A DNA stretch of 64,000 bases from a bacterium (GCA_049472335.1 JBLIRO010000002.1:32001-96000), one strand, 5' to 3'; shown: positions 28,325-39,305, counted from the first letter of the stretch. Notes: generated by a model from the letters alone, not told the origin. Program-made: numbers and translations.

Positions 28325-29041
28325 ACTTTTTTCTTCTTTATTATAAAATAGTATACGATGGCAATTCGGACAACGAAAGATCCTGTCTTCATCGGTCTTG
28401 ATTTCTTGAAATAGTTGAGGCATTAGCGATAAATTGCAGCCGGAACACGCCCCGTCCCTTGCTCTTACAATTGCCAAACCCTTTCTGGCTTCGTATAATT
28501 TATTATATTCATTTCCCAAATCTTTTTCTATTTTCTCTTCGATCCCTTTTCTTTCGGAAACAAGATTAGCGCGATCACTTTTAGCCTTGGCAAGCCCTGT
28601 TTCTATCCGGGATTTCTCCTTTTCGAAAATTTTTCTCTTTTCTGAAACCTTTTGTTCTTCATTTTTTAATAGGGTTTGAAAATCTTCCAACTGATCAAAT
28701 AATTGAAGAATATCCTCCTCAAGGCTTGATATTAAATCCTTGCACTGCTGGATTTCATGAAGCATCGCACTGTATTCCTTGTTAGTTTTTACGGATAAAA
28801 GCTGAGTATTATATTTGCTTAGCTTAGCCTCTTCCGACTCTAATTCCCGCTCTTTCTTTCGACGATCCTTCTCCAATTCCTCTAAGCGAATCTTCGCAGA
28901 TTCCTTTGCTTCTTCTTCTTTTTGAAGGTTCTCACGAAGCTTTTCAATATCTTCGGGCATAAGGGAAATTTCTCTATCAATAATCCTTATGCGAAAATCA
29001 ATCTCTTGAAGATGGATCAAATATTCCAGTTGCGGATTCAA
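28322..29041 (-). CDS. C4-type zinc-ribbon coiled-coil protein (DUF164 family)
   Basis: LIHLQEID, KTNKEYSA, CSGC and CPNCHRIL. Confidence 0.9.
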   Translation of the reverse strand: MNPQLEYLIHLQEIDFRIRIIDREISLMPEDIEKLRENLQKEEEAKESAKIRLEELEKDRRKKERELESEEAKLSKYNTQLLSVKTNKEYSAMLHEIQQCKDLISSLEEDILQLFDQLEDFQTLLKNEEQKVSEKRKIFEKEKSRIETGLAKAKSDRANLVSERKGIEEKIEKDLGNEYNKLYEARKGLAIVRARDGACSGCNLSLMPQLFQEIKTDEDRIFRCPNCHRILFYNKEEKS

Positions 29042-29074
29042 TTCTCACCTCGCTGGTTAAAAATTATGTTCTCC

Positions 29075-29902
29075 TTATAATTCCTGAAATGGATCTTCTT
29101 CTGTGGCGGAAATATAAATTTCCAAATCCTTTCCGTATCCCCGTTCAAAAATCATATCCTTTATACGTTTCTTAAGTGCCGGCAAAATAATTCGTTCAGT
29201 GGCGAAATGCCCTCCGTCTATAAGGGCTATCTTATGACCCTGCGCCTCTCTCGCCTGATGATATTTAACATCCCCCGTGAGCAAAGCCTGCGCTCCTTTT
29301 TTAAATGTTTCTTGAATGAGGCTTGCGCCGCTTCCCGAACATACTGCCATCCTTTTTACTTCCATATGGGGATCCCCAATGAATCTTATACTTTGCAGGT
29401 CGAGAGACTCCTTAATCTCTTGGCACAAGGCCTTAAGTTTTCTGGGCTTAGAGAAATTGCCAATTCTTCCCAGACCCTTATCTAATATAGCTGAATCGTC
29501 AGTAGTTTTCAAAGTCAATGGAAAAATGTCGTCAAGGCCTACCATGCTTGCAAGATGCTCATTAATTCCCCCTATAGCCTTATCGAGGTTTGTATGCATG
29601 ACAAATAAAGACATGCCAGAGCAAATTATATTATTTATAAGGTTGCAGGGGTATTGATTATATATAAGTCTGGAAAGAGGAGAGAAGATAAGCGGATGGT
29701 GAGATAAAATTAATTCTGCCCCAATCTTTAAAGCCTCTTGTATAACAGGTTCGTAACAATCCAGACAGAGCAAAATTTTATTGATTTTCCGGTTTTGGCC
29801 CTCCGGGATAATCTGGGGGCCCACATTATCCCAGGGCTCTGCCAATTCTGGTGGCGCTATAAGATCAAAAATCTGAAAAAGATAATTCTGTTCAATAGTC
29901 AT
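29075..29902 (-). CDS. Nif3-like dinuclear metal-centre protein
   Basis: AEPWDNVG, SHHPLIF, HTNLD, CSGSG, TGDVKYH, GHFATE; likely ATG at 29902. Confidence 0.92.
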   Translation of the reverse strand: MTIEQNYLFQIFDLIAPPELAEPWDNVGPQIIPEGQNRKINKILLCLDCYEPVIQEALKIGAELILSHHPLIFSPLSRLIYNQYPCNLINNIICSGMSLFVMHTNLDKAIGGINEHLASMVGLDDIFPLTLKTTDDSAILDKGLGRIGNFSKPRKLKALCQEIKESLDLQSIRFIGDPHMEVKRMAVCSGSGASLIQETFKKGAQALLTGDVKYHQAREAQGHKIALIDGGHFATERIILPALKKRIKDMIFERGYGKDLEIYISATEEDPFQEL

Positions 29903-29954
29903 CACCTGCCTCTTAGAGATTGAATTGGCAATAATCAATAAATATTAAATAAAA

Positions 29955-30027
29955 TGGGCCCACCTGGGTTCGAACCAGGGACCTTCCGGTTATGAGCCGG
30001 TGGCTCTTCCAACTGAGCTATGGGCCC
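29955..30027 (-). tRNA. tRNA with CAT anticodon, probably tRNA-Ile2 (lysidine); CCA not encoded
   Basis: GGGCCCATAGCTCAGTTGGAAGAGCCACCGGCTCATAACCGGAAGGTCCCTGGTTCGAACCCAGGTGGGCCCA; G1-C72 pair and no GGG/CCC initiator stem; position after rpoD matches Ile2. Confidence 0.9.
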
Positions 30028-30133
30028 TTTAAATCATCATCTATTAGGAATCGCTTTTAAAAGCTCTGTCGATAGATATTAGCAGATTAATACTATACCT
30101 AAAATAGAGCCCGGGATCAAATCCCCCTATTAT

Positions 30134-31876
30134 TCAAAAGCTATAAAAACTTTTTAAGTGTTTGCTTCGGCTGGGGTGTCTGAGTTTCCTGAGAGCCTTT
30201 GCTTCTATCTGCCTTATCCTTTCCCTGGTGACATCAAAGTCCTGACCAACTTCCTCAAGGGTATGCTCGCAAATTTCCGATATCCCGAACCTTTTTCGGA
30301 GGACCTTTTCTTCACGATAGCTTAGGGTTTGAAGAACAAGGTCGGTCTTATCTTCTAAATTGATGTTTATAACAGAATCAAGAGGCGATTCAGCCCTTTT
30401 ATCCTCGATGAAATCTCCCAAATGGGTGTCCTCTTCCTCACCTATGGGGGTTTCAAGAGAAATGGGTTCCTGGGCTATCTTGAGCACTCTCCTGACCTTG
30501 TCCACATCCATATCCATCCTTTCAGAGATCTCTTCAGGGCTGGGTTCTCTGCCAAACTCCTGCACCAGGGCGCGTGAGGTCCTTATCAGTTTATTTATCG
30601 TTTCGATCATATGAACAGGGATTCTAATTGTTCGAGATTGATCTGCAACAGCCCTGCTAACCGCTTGTCTAATCCACCAGGTTGCATAGGTGCTGAATTT
30701 ATATCCCCGCTTATATTCGAACTTATCTACAGCCTTCATCAACCCTATATTTCCTTCTTGAATAAGATCGAGAAATTGCAGACCTCTGTTGGTGTACTTT
30801 TTGGCAATACTGACTACCAGCCTGAGATTGGCTTCCACTAACTCCTTTTTTGCCTGATCTGTTTCCCCGCAACCCTCCTCTATTTGCTGATAAATTGCTC
30901 TAAGTTGATTTCCGCTCAAACCGCTTTCCTGTTCGACCTTTTTGATCCGTCGTTTGGCGTTTTGAATGGTTCTTTCAAAACAAAGCAATTCATCAGGAGA
31001 AAAAGGAATTTCAGATTTTGATATCTCGTTTTTCTTGATCCTTCTAACATAGTCTCGCATATCATTAATTGGGATCTTCATATGGTGCTCGCATGCCTCT
31101 ATCTCGGCCAGGGAATGATCCAAATGCTCCAGAAAAAGTTTGATTCTTTCAGCAATTTGAGCTATTTGTCTAGAATCCAGCGGGATCATCCTCACCATTT
31201 TGGTTACCTGATGACGTCTGGCCTTTATCTCATTATTAATATGCTTTTTCTCAAAAGATGAGATACCCTTTCTGTTTCTTTCTTTATTTAATTGATCTAT
31301 TTCCTTCTCAATGGTCTCTATTCCCTCGATAAGTTCAATATATTTGAAGATATCTTCCTTTTGAAGAGACGCATCGATAATATCCTCCTCCTGTCCGTTC
31401 ATGTCACCTTTGTCCTGAATAAGTTTTTCTTTAAGGTAAATCAGTTCACGGCTGGCTATGGGCGTCTGAGTTATGGCTTTTAAAATTTTCAATCGACCGG
31501 ATTCTATCCTTTTCGCAATACTAACCTCATCTTCTCTGGTAAGGAGCGGGACCATCCCCATCTCCCTGAGATACATCCTTACCGGATCATCAGTGCGCCC
31601 AAGATACTCTGAAGAAAGTTCTGTATCAGAAATTTCCAGAGATTCATACTTTTCTTGTGGTTCCAACTTTTCTATTATGTGATTTTGTTTTTCCTCAGAT
31701 TCAATGACATTAATATCCATGCCGTCAAGCATGATAAATACATTGTCAATATCTGTTGAGGAGACAATATCTTCAGGTAAAGAATCATTTAAATCATCGT
31801 AAGTCAAATAACCTTTTTCCTTGCCCATAACAATAAGCTGATCCTTTACCTGCGCCAATTTCCCTTCAGCAGTCAT
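30134..31876 (-). CDS. rpoD: RNA polymerase sigma factor RpoD
   Basis: [50 protein letters not shown] 31876 follows SD GAAAGGAG. Confidence 0.97.
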   Translation of the reverse strand: MTAEGKLAQVKDQLIVMGKEKGYLTYDDLNDSLPEDIVSSTDIDNVFIMLDGMDINVIESEEKQNHIIEKLEPQEKYESLEISDTELSSEYLGRTDDPVRMYLREMGMVPLLTREDEVSIAKRIESGRLKILKAITQTPIASRELIYLKEKLIQDKGDMNGQEEDIIDASLQKEDIFKYIELIEGIETIEKEIDQLNKERNRKGISSFEKKHINNEIKARRHQVTKMVRMIPLDSRQIAQIAERIKLFLEHLDHSLAEIEACEHHMKIPINDMRDYVRRIKKNEISKSEIPFSPDELLCFERTIQNAKRRIKKVEQESGLSGNQLRAIYQQIEEGCGETDQAKKELVEANLRLVVSIAKKYTNRGLQFLDLIQEGNIGLMKAVDKFEYKRGYKFSTYATWWIRQAVSRAVADQSRTIRIPVHMIETINKLIRTSRALVQEFGREPSPEEISERMDMDVDKVRRVLKIAQEPISLETPIGEEEDTHLGDFIEDKRAESPLDSVININLEDKTDLVLQTLSYREEKVLRKRFGISEICEHTLEEVGQDFDVTRERIRQIEAKALRKLRHPSRSKHLKSFYSF

Positions 31877-31928
31877 CTTGGCTCCTTTCATAATGTCGTA
31901 CTTTAATAAAAACTGTTAATAAACCAAA

Positions 31929-33713
31929 CTATACTGACAAATTAAGTGTGCAAGCGTCCTTTTTTAAACGGTCAATTTCATTTAGAAGAAGATTCTCTTC
32001 ATCGTTTGGCAATTTCTCAGAATCCAGTTTCTCGGTTATTGCCTTTATCTGCCCTTTAATCTTTTCATGACGGAGCCTTTTGAGACAATCCTGAACAGCT
32101 TGCTCCGGATCCTCAAAAGCATCTGTGCCGATAATTATTTGTGATATCAGTTCCTTTTGACTCTCTGAATCCACCTCCTTTAAAAAAAATCTCGGCTCTA
32201 TTGCGTTTCCCTGGCGCCAGTGTTGAAAGATCATACCGGCCAACTCCTTGAGCTCGGGGTCCTTAAAATCTGATTCATCAACATTTTTAAGGATGAGCCT
32301 GGAAGGGGTTCCCAGCTCAAGAGCCAATTTTATAAGAAGTCTTTCAGCGGAATCCCTATTGTTGGATTGAAAAATATCTTTAGGTCTAAAAAAGGGTCTG
32401 ATATAATTGCTCTTTTTAGGCCTTTTTATCTGCCCGAGACGTTCCCTTATGGCATCTTCGGAAATCCCCGCTTTCTGGGAAACATAATGTATATAGGTGT
32501 CTCGTTCCAGGGGATTCGCTATTTTAACTAAAGAGTGGATAATTTGATCAATTCTCTCCGTTTTCTCCTGGCTCATCACCCCCTCTTTTAATGACCCTTG
32601 ATTGTTGAGTAAAAAATCAACAAATGGTTTTGCATGTTCGATGATCTGTTCAAATCTCTCTTTGCCTTCGTTTCTAATCAAGCTGTCCGGATCCCTGCCT
32701 GATGGTAATTGAGCTATTTTAACTATGATTCCCTGCTCAAGAAAAAGCTCTATGCCGCGTTCTGCGGCTTTTAAACCTGCTGAATCCGAATCAAACATAA
32801 GTGTGACATCGTTTGTATATCTCTTTAAGAGCTGGATATGGTTTGTGGTCAGGGCAGTACCCAGGGTGGCCACAACATTGGTAAATCCAGCCTGGAACAG
32901 AGTGATCAGGTCAAAGTATCCCTCAACCACTATTGCCTGTTTTTTTTCACGGATGGTCTTTTTAGCCGAATAAAAACCGTAGAGAACCTGACCCTTGGAA
33001 TATACAGGAGTTTCTGGTGAATTTAGGTATTTTGGGTTTTGTTCCGAAGGTTCTATCAATCTGCCTCCAAAACCGCAAATATCTCCATAAAGGTTATGGA
33101 TTGGAAAAATAACGCGATTCCTGAAACGATCATAATATCCGCTCCCGTTTTGTCTTTCACAGATCAATCCGGATTTGAGCAAAAGTTGTACAGGAAAAGA
33201 ACGTTTAAGATGGGAAAATAGGGCATCCCAGGAATCGACGGCAAAGCCTAATCCGAATTCCTTGATCAAATCGTTCCCTAATCCCCTTTTTTTCAGATAG
33301 TCAAATCCTACTCCCTTTTCCCATAACCTCCTTTCAAAATATGACTTGGCTGCCAGATTTACTTCTAAAATCCTTTCTTTTTCGCTCGGCTTGTCATCAA
33401 AGTTTTTTTCTCTGTCCTTTGTAAGCGTTATTCCACATCTTTTTGCAAGACGTTCCATTGACTCAATAAAGGTTAAACCTTCCAGTTTCATCAGAAAGGT
33501 AAAGGCATCCCCTCCCGCGTGACACCCAAAACAGTAAAACATTTGTTTATCCTTGTCCACATGGAAAGATGGGGTTTTTTCAGGATGAAACGGACAAATC
33601 CCTTTGTAGCTTCTCCCTGCCTTTTTAAGATTTACGTATTCGGATATAAGGTCCAGGATGTCGGTCCTATTAAGGATCTCATCCTTAACCCGATCATTTT
33701 TAACTATAGACAT
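31929..33713 (-). CDS. dnaG: DNA primase
   Basis: CPFHPEKTPSF, CFGC, KYLNSPET, VEGYFD, FDSDSAG. Confidence 0.97.
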   Translation of the reverse strand: MSIVKNDRVKDEILNRTDILDLISEYVNLKKAGRSYKGICPFHPEKTPSFHVDKDKQMFYCFGCHAGGDAFTFLMKLEGLTFIESMERLAKRCGITLTKDREKNFDDKPSEKERILEVNLAAKSYFERRLWEKGVGFDYLKKRGLGNDLIKEFGLGFAVDSWDALFSHLKRSFPVQLLLKSGLICERQNGSGYYDRFRNRVIFPIHNLYGDICGFGGRLIEPSEQNPKYLNSPETPVYSKGQVLYGFYSAKKTIREKKQAIVVEGYFDLITLFQAGFTNVVATLGTALTTNHIQLLKRYTNDVTLMFDSDSAGLKAAERGIELFLEQGIIVKIAQLPSGRDPDSLIRNEGKERFEQIIEHAKPFVDFLLNNQGSLKEGVMSQEKTERIDQIIHSLVKIANPLERDTYIHYVSQKAGISEDAIRERLGQIKRPKKSNYIRPFFRPKDIFQSNNRDSAERLLIKLALELGTPSRLILKNVDESDFKDPELKELAGMIFQHWRQGNAIEPRFFLKEVDSESQKELISQIIIGTDAFEDPEQAVQDCLKRLRHEKIKGQIKAITEKLDSEKLPNDEENLLLNEIDRLKKDACTLNLSV

Positions 33714-33721
33714 CTCCCCCC

Positions 33722-36127
33722 TTATGCGGCCAACTCTACTACAGTAACCCCTGCTCCCCCCTCCTGTAACTTGCCGCTCCTAAATGAAGCTACTTGAGGA
33801 TGCGCGTTCAGAAATTCCTCGATAGCCTTTTTAAGGGTACCGGTTCCTTTTCCATGGATTATTGAAACGCTTGATAAGTGTGCCAGAATAGCATTATCAA
33901 GATATTTATCTATTTTTTGTAAAGCCTCATCAACCCTCTGGCCGATGACAATCAACTGTGTACTAATGTCCCTGGTCAAAACAGAGGAATTAATAGGGAT
34001 TGTCATGCTGGCCGAGGAGACCATTTCCTTGCTTTGCTTATGGTCCTGACCTTTAACAGGGGCCAATTCATCCGCCTTTACCCGAAACTTTAAGGGTCCA
34101 ACCATAACCCAAACCTTGTTTTCTGTCTGATCGATCCGGCTTACTACTCCCTCTTCATTGAGATTGTATATTAATACTGGCTGGCCAATTGATATTTTAT
34201 CAATATCGAGGCCTTTGTATTTTTTGTTTTCGTAAGATTTTGGGGTAAATTTATGTACCACCTCTCTGAGTTCCTTGTGTGCGCTTTTAATACCCTTGCT
34301 TGTCAGCTCCGATCTCTTCAACTCTCCAACCAGTCTCTCTATATCTTTTCGGGCCTGCTCCACAGTAGCCTGAATCCTCGAATGTGTTTCTTTCGCAATC
34401 CTTTTTTCTCTCTCCTTGATGCTGGAAAGCAAGAGATTATATCTTTCCTTGACCGATTCCATCTGCTGACTAATATTCTTTTGTTTTTCAAGTTCTTCTT
34501 TAAGGAGCCCTTCATCTCGCTCGATCTTAAAAAGGAGATCCTCTAATTGAACCTCTCCTTCGCCCATGACAGTTCGGGCTTTTTCGAGTATTTCATCAGG
34601 AAGCCCCAGCTTGCTGCAAATACCCAGCGCATTGCTGCTGCCCGGAAAACCCATATGTAAAATATACGTTGGCTTTTTCAGGTCGGGATCAAATCCCATG
34701 GACGCATTCCTGATTTCATTATTTTCCGATGAGGCGGCGTATGCTTTGAGACCGTTATGATGAGTTGTCACAAGACATAATGCCCCCTTTTTTAGAATAT
34801 ATTCAAGGACCGCCATGCCCAGAGCGGCCCCTTCTGTGGGATTAGTATCAGAGCCCAGTTCATCCAGCAGAACAATACTCTTTGGACCAATATGGTTAAG
34901 GATCCTCGATATATTTTTAATATGAGATGAAAAGGAGGAAAGGTCCTTTTCGATATCCTGTTCATCCCCTATATCAGCAAGGATTTCATTAAAAATCCCC
35001 AACTCGCTGCCCTCTTTGACAGGGATATGCAACCCTGATTGTACCATTATTTGCAGAAGCCCTACCATTTTAAGGGTTACCGTTTTTCCCCCCGTATTCG
35101 GGCCGCTGATAACCAAAGCCCTTGTTTTTCTGTTTAATTCTATATCTATGGCTACCGGCTCAGACCCCATTTCAGGTGAATCCTTATGCCGGAAGATGAG
35201 CAGGGTGTGTTTAGCTCCTCTTAACCTTATAATGAGGTCATGACTTATAATCGGAGCAATGCCTTCTGTTGCGGAGCTAAATAAGGCCTTTGATTGAATA
35301 AAATCCAGTTCCCCCAGGGTCCACAGGTCCACTCTGAGTGATTCAGAGAAATTCATGACTAATTCGCTCAATTCATGAATTATTCTTTTTATTTCATCTT
35401 TCTCTTTAATTTTGAGTCTGTAAAATTTATTTTGGGCATCCACAGAGATCATAGGCTCTATAAAAAGTGTGGCTCCGCTTCCAGATTCATCATGCACAAT
35501 ACCCTGTAACATCCCCTTTTTATTTGCCTTTACTGGGATTACATAGCGATCATTTCGAATAGTCACAAAATCGCTCTGAAACGCCTCTTTCCCATCCTTT
35601 TCCATTAAAAGGCCTTCTAAGATCTGGATTATCTTATCCTTTTCCTGGCGTAATTCTCTGCGGATTTTTGCAAGCAAAGGGGAAGCCGAATCCTTTACTT
35701 CGCCCGACGGATCAATACAATTGTCAAGCCTTATTTTTAATTTGTCCAGAAGAACAAGTCTTTTTTTGAATAATTTAATGCTCGAATAGTTGTCCCTGAT
35801 ATTTGAAAGCCAATGAGCTACCTCTTGAGTGACGTCTAAAAAATTTCTGATCGTCAAAAGTTCCTGAATGTCCAGACAGGGGCCATTTCCATCTAATTTA
35901 ATTAGTATGGGATTAATATCCTTCAGCCCTGCAAGGGGGATACGACCGAATATGGAAATAGCTTCTTTTGCCTGCTGTACCTGTTTTAAATCATCTTCTA
36001 TTTTCGTTTTTTCCAGTTTTGGGCTGATTTCTCGGCACAGTCTTTTCCCTAGTTCAGAACAGGCAAAAAGCGAGAGCCTTTCCTTTATTATATCAAATCC
36101 TAAAACATCAAGTGAATGATTGTCCAT
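33722..36127 (-). CDS. mutS2: Endonuclease MutS2 with C-terminal Smr domain
   Basis: SGPNTGGKT, DIGDEQ, SSFSSH, LLDELG, IIHGKGTG, GGAGVT. Confidence 0.95.
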   Translation of the reverse strand: MDNHSLDVLGFDIIKERLSLFACSELGKRLCREISPKLEKTKIEDDLKQVQQAKEAISIFGRIPLAGLKDINPILIKLDGNGPCLDIQELLTIRNFLDVTQEVAHWLSNIRDNYSSIKLFKKRLVLLDKLKIRLDNCIDPSGEVKDSASPLLAKIRRELRQEKDKIIQILEGLLMEKDGKEAFQSDFVTIRNDRYVIPVKANKKGMLQGIVHDESGSGATLFIEPMISVDAQNKFYRLKIKEKDEIKRIIHELSELVMNFSESLRVDLWTLGELDFIQSKALFSSATEGIAPIISHDLIIRLRGAKHTLLIFRHKDSPEMGSEPVAIDIELNRKTRALVISGPNTGGKTVTLKMVGLLQIMVQSGLHIPVKEGSELGIFNEILADIGDEQDIEKDLSSFSSHIKNISRILNHIGPKSIVLLDELGSDTNPTEGAALGMAVLEYILKKGALCLVTTHHNGLKAYAASSENNEIRNASMGFDPDLKKPTYILHMGFPGSSNALGICSKLGLPDEILEKARTVMGEGEVQLEDLLFKIERDEGLLKEELEKQKNISQQMESVKERYNLLLSSIKEREKRIAKETHSRIQATVEQARKDIERLVGELKRSELTSKGIKSAHKELREVVHKFTPKSYENKKYKGLDIDKISIGQPVLIYNLNEEGVVSRIDQTENKVWVMVGPLKFRVKADELAPVKGQDHKQSKEMVSSASMTIPINSSVLTRDISTQLIVIGQRVDEALQKIDKYLDNAILAHLSSVSIIHGKGTGTLKKAIEEFLNAHPQVASFRSGKLQEGGAGVTVVELAA

Positions 36128-36165
36128 GACTAATGACCCGAATCGTTAACACCTTAAAAGCAGGC

Positions 36166-36202
36166 AAAAAAAGGGACTCGGGTGTTAAAGGACCCGAATC
36201 CC
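36166..36202 (-). terminator. Rho-independent terminator between rpsU and mutS2
   Basis: Minus strand GGGATTCGGGT-loop-ACCCGAGTCCC followed by T7. Confidence 0.75.
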
Positions 36203-36386
36203 CTTTGTAAAAAGCAATATATAACTGTTTTTCCCTTAAAATAGCTTCACACCTTAATTATGTAAAATAAAATAAAAAATCAAAAAAATTTTTTTGGTAT
36301 GCGCAGCCCTATTATTAAGGGTAAAGGTTGTAACAAAATCAAGAAAATAGATTTTACAATTTATAAATGACATAAAAATATAGATA

Positions 36387-36569
36387 CTATCTTCTTCTAA
36401 GAGCCTTTTTTTTCGCAGCTAGCGCCTTTCTTTTCTTTCTGCTGCTAGGCTTTTCATAGTGCTCTCTCTTTTTGTATTCAGCCAATATTCCTGCCTTCTC
36501 ACTAGTCTTTTTAAACCGTTTAAGCAGACTCTCAAAGGACTCGTCCTCTTTTGGTCTCACAACTGGCAA
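36387..36569 (-). CDS. rpsU: 30S ribosomal protein S21
   Basis: [22 protein letters not shown] start after GGAGGGAGG. Confidence 0.95.
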   Translation of the reverse strand: MPVVRPKEDESFESLLKRFKKTSEKAGILAEYKKREHYEKPSSRKKRKALAAKKKALRRR

Positions 36570-36675
36570 TCATTATCCCTCCCTCCACATACATTTAAAA
36601 ATATCTAAATAGATTTTTTCAAAAACGTTTAAAACTAAATTATATCTAATCATATATAAAAAGTCAAGAAAAAAA

Positions 36676-37026
36676 TCAAAACTTTTTAAAACATCTATAA
36701 AAACAGGTCCTGTTGCCTGTATGACAAGCCGCTCCTGTTTGTTCGACCTTGAAAAGCAGTGTGTCATTATCACAGTCATAGCATAATTCCTTTACTTTTT
36801 GAATATGCCCTGACGTGTCTCCTTTTCTCCAAATACATTTTCTGGATCGACTCCAAAAAACAGTTCTGCCGGTTTGTATTGTTTCCTCGAGGGAGCTGCG
36901 ATTCATATAAGCCAACATCAATACCTGGTCATTCTGATAGTCCTGGATGATTGCGGGTATAAGCCCCTTTTCGTCATATTTCATATCTGTTATAAACTTT
37001 TCTACATCGTTTTCTTCGATCTTCAT
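36676..37026 (-). CDS. hisI: Phosphoribosyl-AMP cyclohydrolase
   Basis: [40 protein letters not shown]. Confidence 0.95.
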   Translation of the reverse strand: MKIEENDVEKFITDMKYDEKGLIPAIIQDYQNDQVLMLAYMNRSSLEETIQTGRTVFWSRSRKCIWRKGDTSGHIQKVKELCYDCDNDTLLFKVEQTGAACHTGNRTCFYRCFKKF

Positions 37027-37342
37027 ATTTCTTTTCCTCGCCGCCAAGTCCGTCTGAAATCCCTTATAAACATTAATTCTTTTGTAGCCCCAATGAGAAT
37101 TTTGCTTTAGACAGGTCTTTTGTAAAACATTATTGATTGTTTTTTGCTAACAGACATGAGGGTTCATACAATAAGTGACTTGTAATATTTATAATAAATA
37201 ACATAAAATAAGATATAAAGGTTATGAACACTCATTGTTTCATTATTTATATATTAACAAACATCCATAATTTTGTCAATATACACATCCCATAATATAT
37301 TGTTTTTAATAAAGACAGGATTTTCTGGTTCTGTATCCGGAT

Positions 37343-38137
37343 ATGAAAATAAATGCCGATAAGATAAAACTTGAAGAATTATACGGAAAGTATAATCATA
37401 GAAGATTTGTTCATCCTGATCCATTAGAGTTTCTCTACAATTATGAATATCTTCATGATCGTGAAATAGTAGGTCTTGTAGCCTCATCCTTAGCCTATGG
37501 AAGGGTTGAGCAGATACTAAAAAGCGTTTCTTCAGTACTCGAACGAATGCAGGAACCGTCATATTTTCTAAAATGCTCTTCTATGGAATCGCTACGTTCT
37601 ATTTTCAGGGATTTTAAGCATAGGTTTACAACGGGTGAAGATCTGGCAACATTGCTTTACGGGGCAAAACGGGTTATTGAGAAATATGGCTCTCTTTATG
37701 AGTGTTTCAGAACAAAGCTAAATGATGATCCCACGATTTTCCCTGCTCTGAAATCATTTATGACTGAACTTTCTGTTATGAATAATTTTATGTATAACTC
37801 ACTTGTACCTTCACCCTTGAAGGGCAGCGCATGCAAAAGAATGAATCTTTTCTTGCGATGGATGGTAAGGAAGGATAATGTTGATCCGGGAGGATGGGAT
37901 GATGTGCCAGCTTCCAAGCTTATTGTTCCTCTTGATACTCACCTATATAGAATCTGTTGCGCGATGAATCTTTCACAAAGAAAACAGGCTGATATGAAAA
38001 CGGCCTTTGAAATAACAAACGCCTTCAGGACAATTGCCCCCGAAGACCCGGTCAAATACGACTTTGCTTTAACTCGCCTTGGAATGAGGGGTATAAGTCC
38101 AACCTGGAAAATACAAGTTTTTAACTTTCCTTTATAA
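37343..38137 (+). CDS. TIGR02757/DUF2400-family protein
   Basis: DPLEF, DREIVG..A..LAYG, SACKRMNLFLRWMVR, PLDTH, DPVKYDFAL. Confidence 0.85.
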   Translation: MKINADKIKLEELYGKYNHRRFVHPDPLEFLYNYEYLHDREIVGLVASSLAYGRVEQILKSVSSVLERMQEPSYFLKCSSMESLRSIFRDFKHRFTTGEDLATLLYGAKRVIEKYGSLYECFRTKLNDDPTIFPALKSFMTELSVMNNFMYNSLVPSPLKGSACKRMNLFLRWMVRKDNVDPGGWDDVPASKLIVPLDTHLYRICCAMNLSQRKQADMKTAFEITNAFRTIAPEDPVKYDFALTRLGMRGISPTWKIQVFNFPL

Positions 38138-38360
38138 ACCTTAGACGCTTCTTGAACGTATATTTTGTATACATTTCTTGTAATTTTTATGAATAAAATT
38201 ACCCATTCTTGTAAAGTATATTATAATTAATATGTTATGTTTAGCTTGATTTGAATTTTTGTAATGAAACAAAAAATTTTTTCAAAGGAATAGTATTTGC
38301 TATATTTTAAGGAAAAGATTGAATATTAAAGTTTGATCATAAAGTACCGGGAGGAGTCAA

Positions 38361-39305
38361 ATGGTTAGGTTAGAGATGGTTAGGACGCTAATGGTTAGAG
38401 TTCCAACTAAAAGAATATCCAGAATTATTAACCTGTCTTTTTTTATCCTGTTATGCGTTTCCATATTATGTTTTTACTGCATAAATAGTTGTGAGGCATA
38501 TTATGGATTGGGGCTTTACGGTCGAGGGATCTATGGAGGCCTGGGACTTTATGGCCTTGGAAGCCTTTATTATGGAAGTGGATTATATGGACTGACCGGG
38601 CTTTATGGAGGTATAGGAAGTCTGTATGGACTTAGTGGATTGTATGGCCTTTATGGTTTGAGCAGCCTTTACGGATTGGGAAGTCTCTATGGTCTAGGAG
38701 GCTTGTATGGCCTCGGAGGATTATATGGTTTAAGCAGTCTTTATGGACTGGGCGGGTTATATGGACTCGGTGGTTTGTACGGATTGACGGGTTTGTATGG
38801 CCTTGGAGGATTAGGTGGATTGGGAGGTATATTTGGCACCTTGCATTTACTCTCTAATCTTGGGCTTGTGAATCCTGTTGTACAAAGTACTACCCCTGCT
38901 GCCATGGTAGTGGCGGCAGAGCAGGCAGGCACATGGACGGGGAGTTGGTATAGTCTGATTAAGCTCCAGGCGGGCATTATGAACATGACACTTGTTGAGG
39001 ATAACATTAATGGAGCGCTGGTTGGAGAAGTGAACTTAATCCTCAATAAAATTACAAAATCTTTACCAGCCGAGGTAAGCGGTCCATATGCCGGCGGGGA
39101 TACATTTATTCTGACAGGCTTATATAATGGTGTTTTTACAAGCGCCTCGCTAGTTACTACTATTATCTCGTATGAAATTGAACTTACATGCACATTGACA
39201 AGCCCGACCACCATGACTGGTACTTATTATATAAATGATCTAACAAAGTTGCTTGGTGTTGACTATGGAAATTTTAATCTTACTCTCAGCGCTCCGGCTA
39301 TATGA
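38361..39305 (+). CDS. Secreted protein with Gly-Leu-Tyr low-complexity repeats and a C-terminal beta-rich domain
   Basis: SD GGAGGAG; signal peptide ending CEA; about 110 aa of xxLYGL repeats; C-terminal GTWTGSW... domain. Confidence 0.8.
   Translation: MVRLEMVRTLMVRVPTKRISRIINLSFFILLCVSILCFYCINSCEAYYGLGLYGRGIYGGLGLYGLGSLYYGSGLYGLTGLYGGIGSLYGLSGLYGLYGLSSLYGLGSLYGLGGLYGLGGLYGLSSLYGLGGLYGLGGLYGLTGLYGLGGLGGLGGIFGTLHLLSNLGLVNPVVQSTTPAAMVVAAEQAGTWTGSWYSLIKLQAGIMNMTLVEDNINGALVGEVNLILNKITKSLPAEVSGPYAGGDTFILTGLYNGVFTSASLVTTIISYEIELTCTLTSPTTMTGTYYINDLTKLLGVDYGNFNLTLSAPAI

Noticed and set aside
27998..28392. ORFs 27998..28183 and 28150..28392
   Set aside because: They overlap the RNase P RNA gene
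29955..30027. Initiator tRNA-fMet call
   Set aside because: Has a G1-C72 pair and lacks three consecutive G-C pairs at the base of the anticodon stem; elongator Met is not fully excluded
27947..36569. mutS2 within rpsU-dnaG-rpoD and the nif3-Zn ribbon-rnpB tail as a novelty
   Set aside because: Known conserved housekeeping synteny
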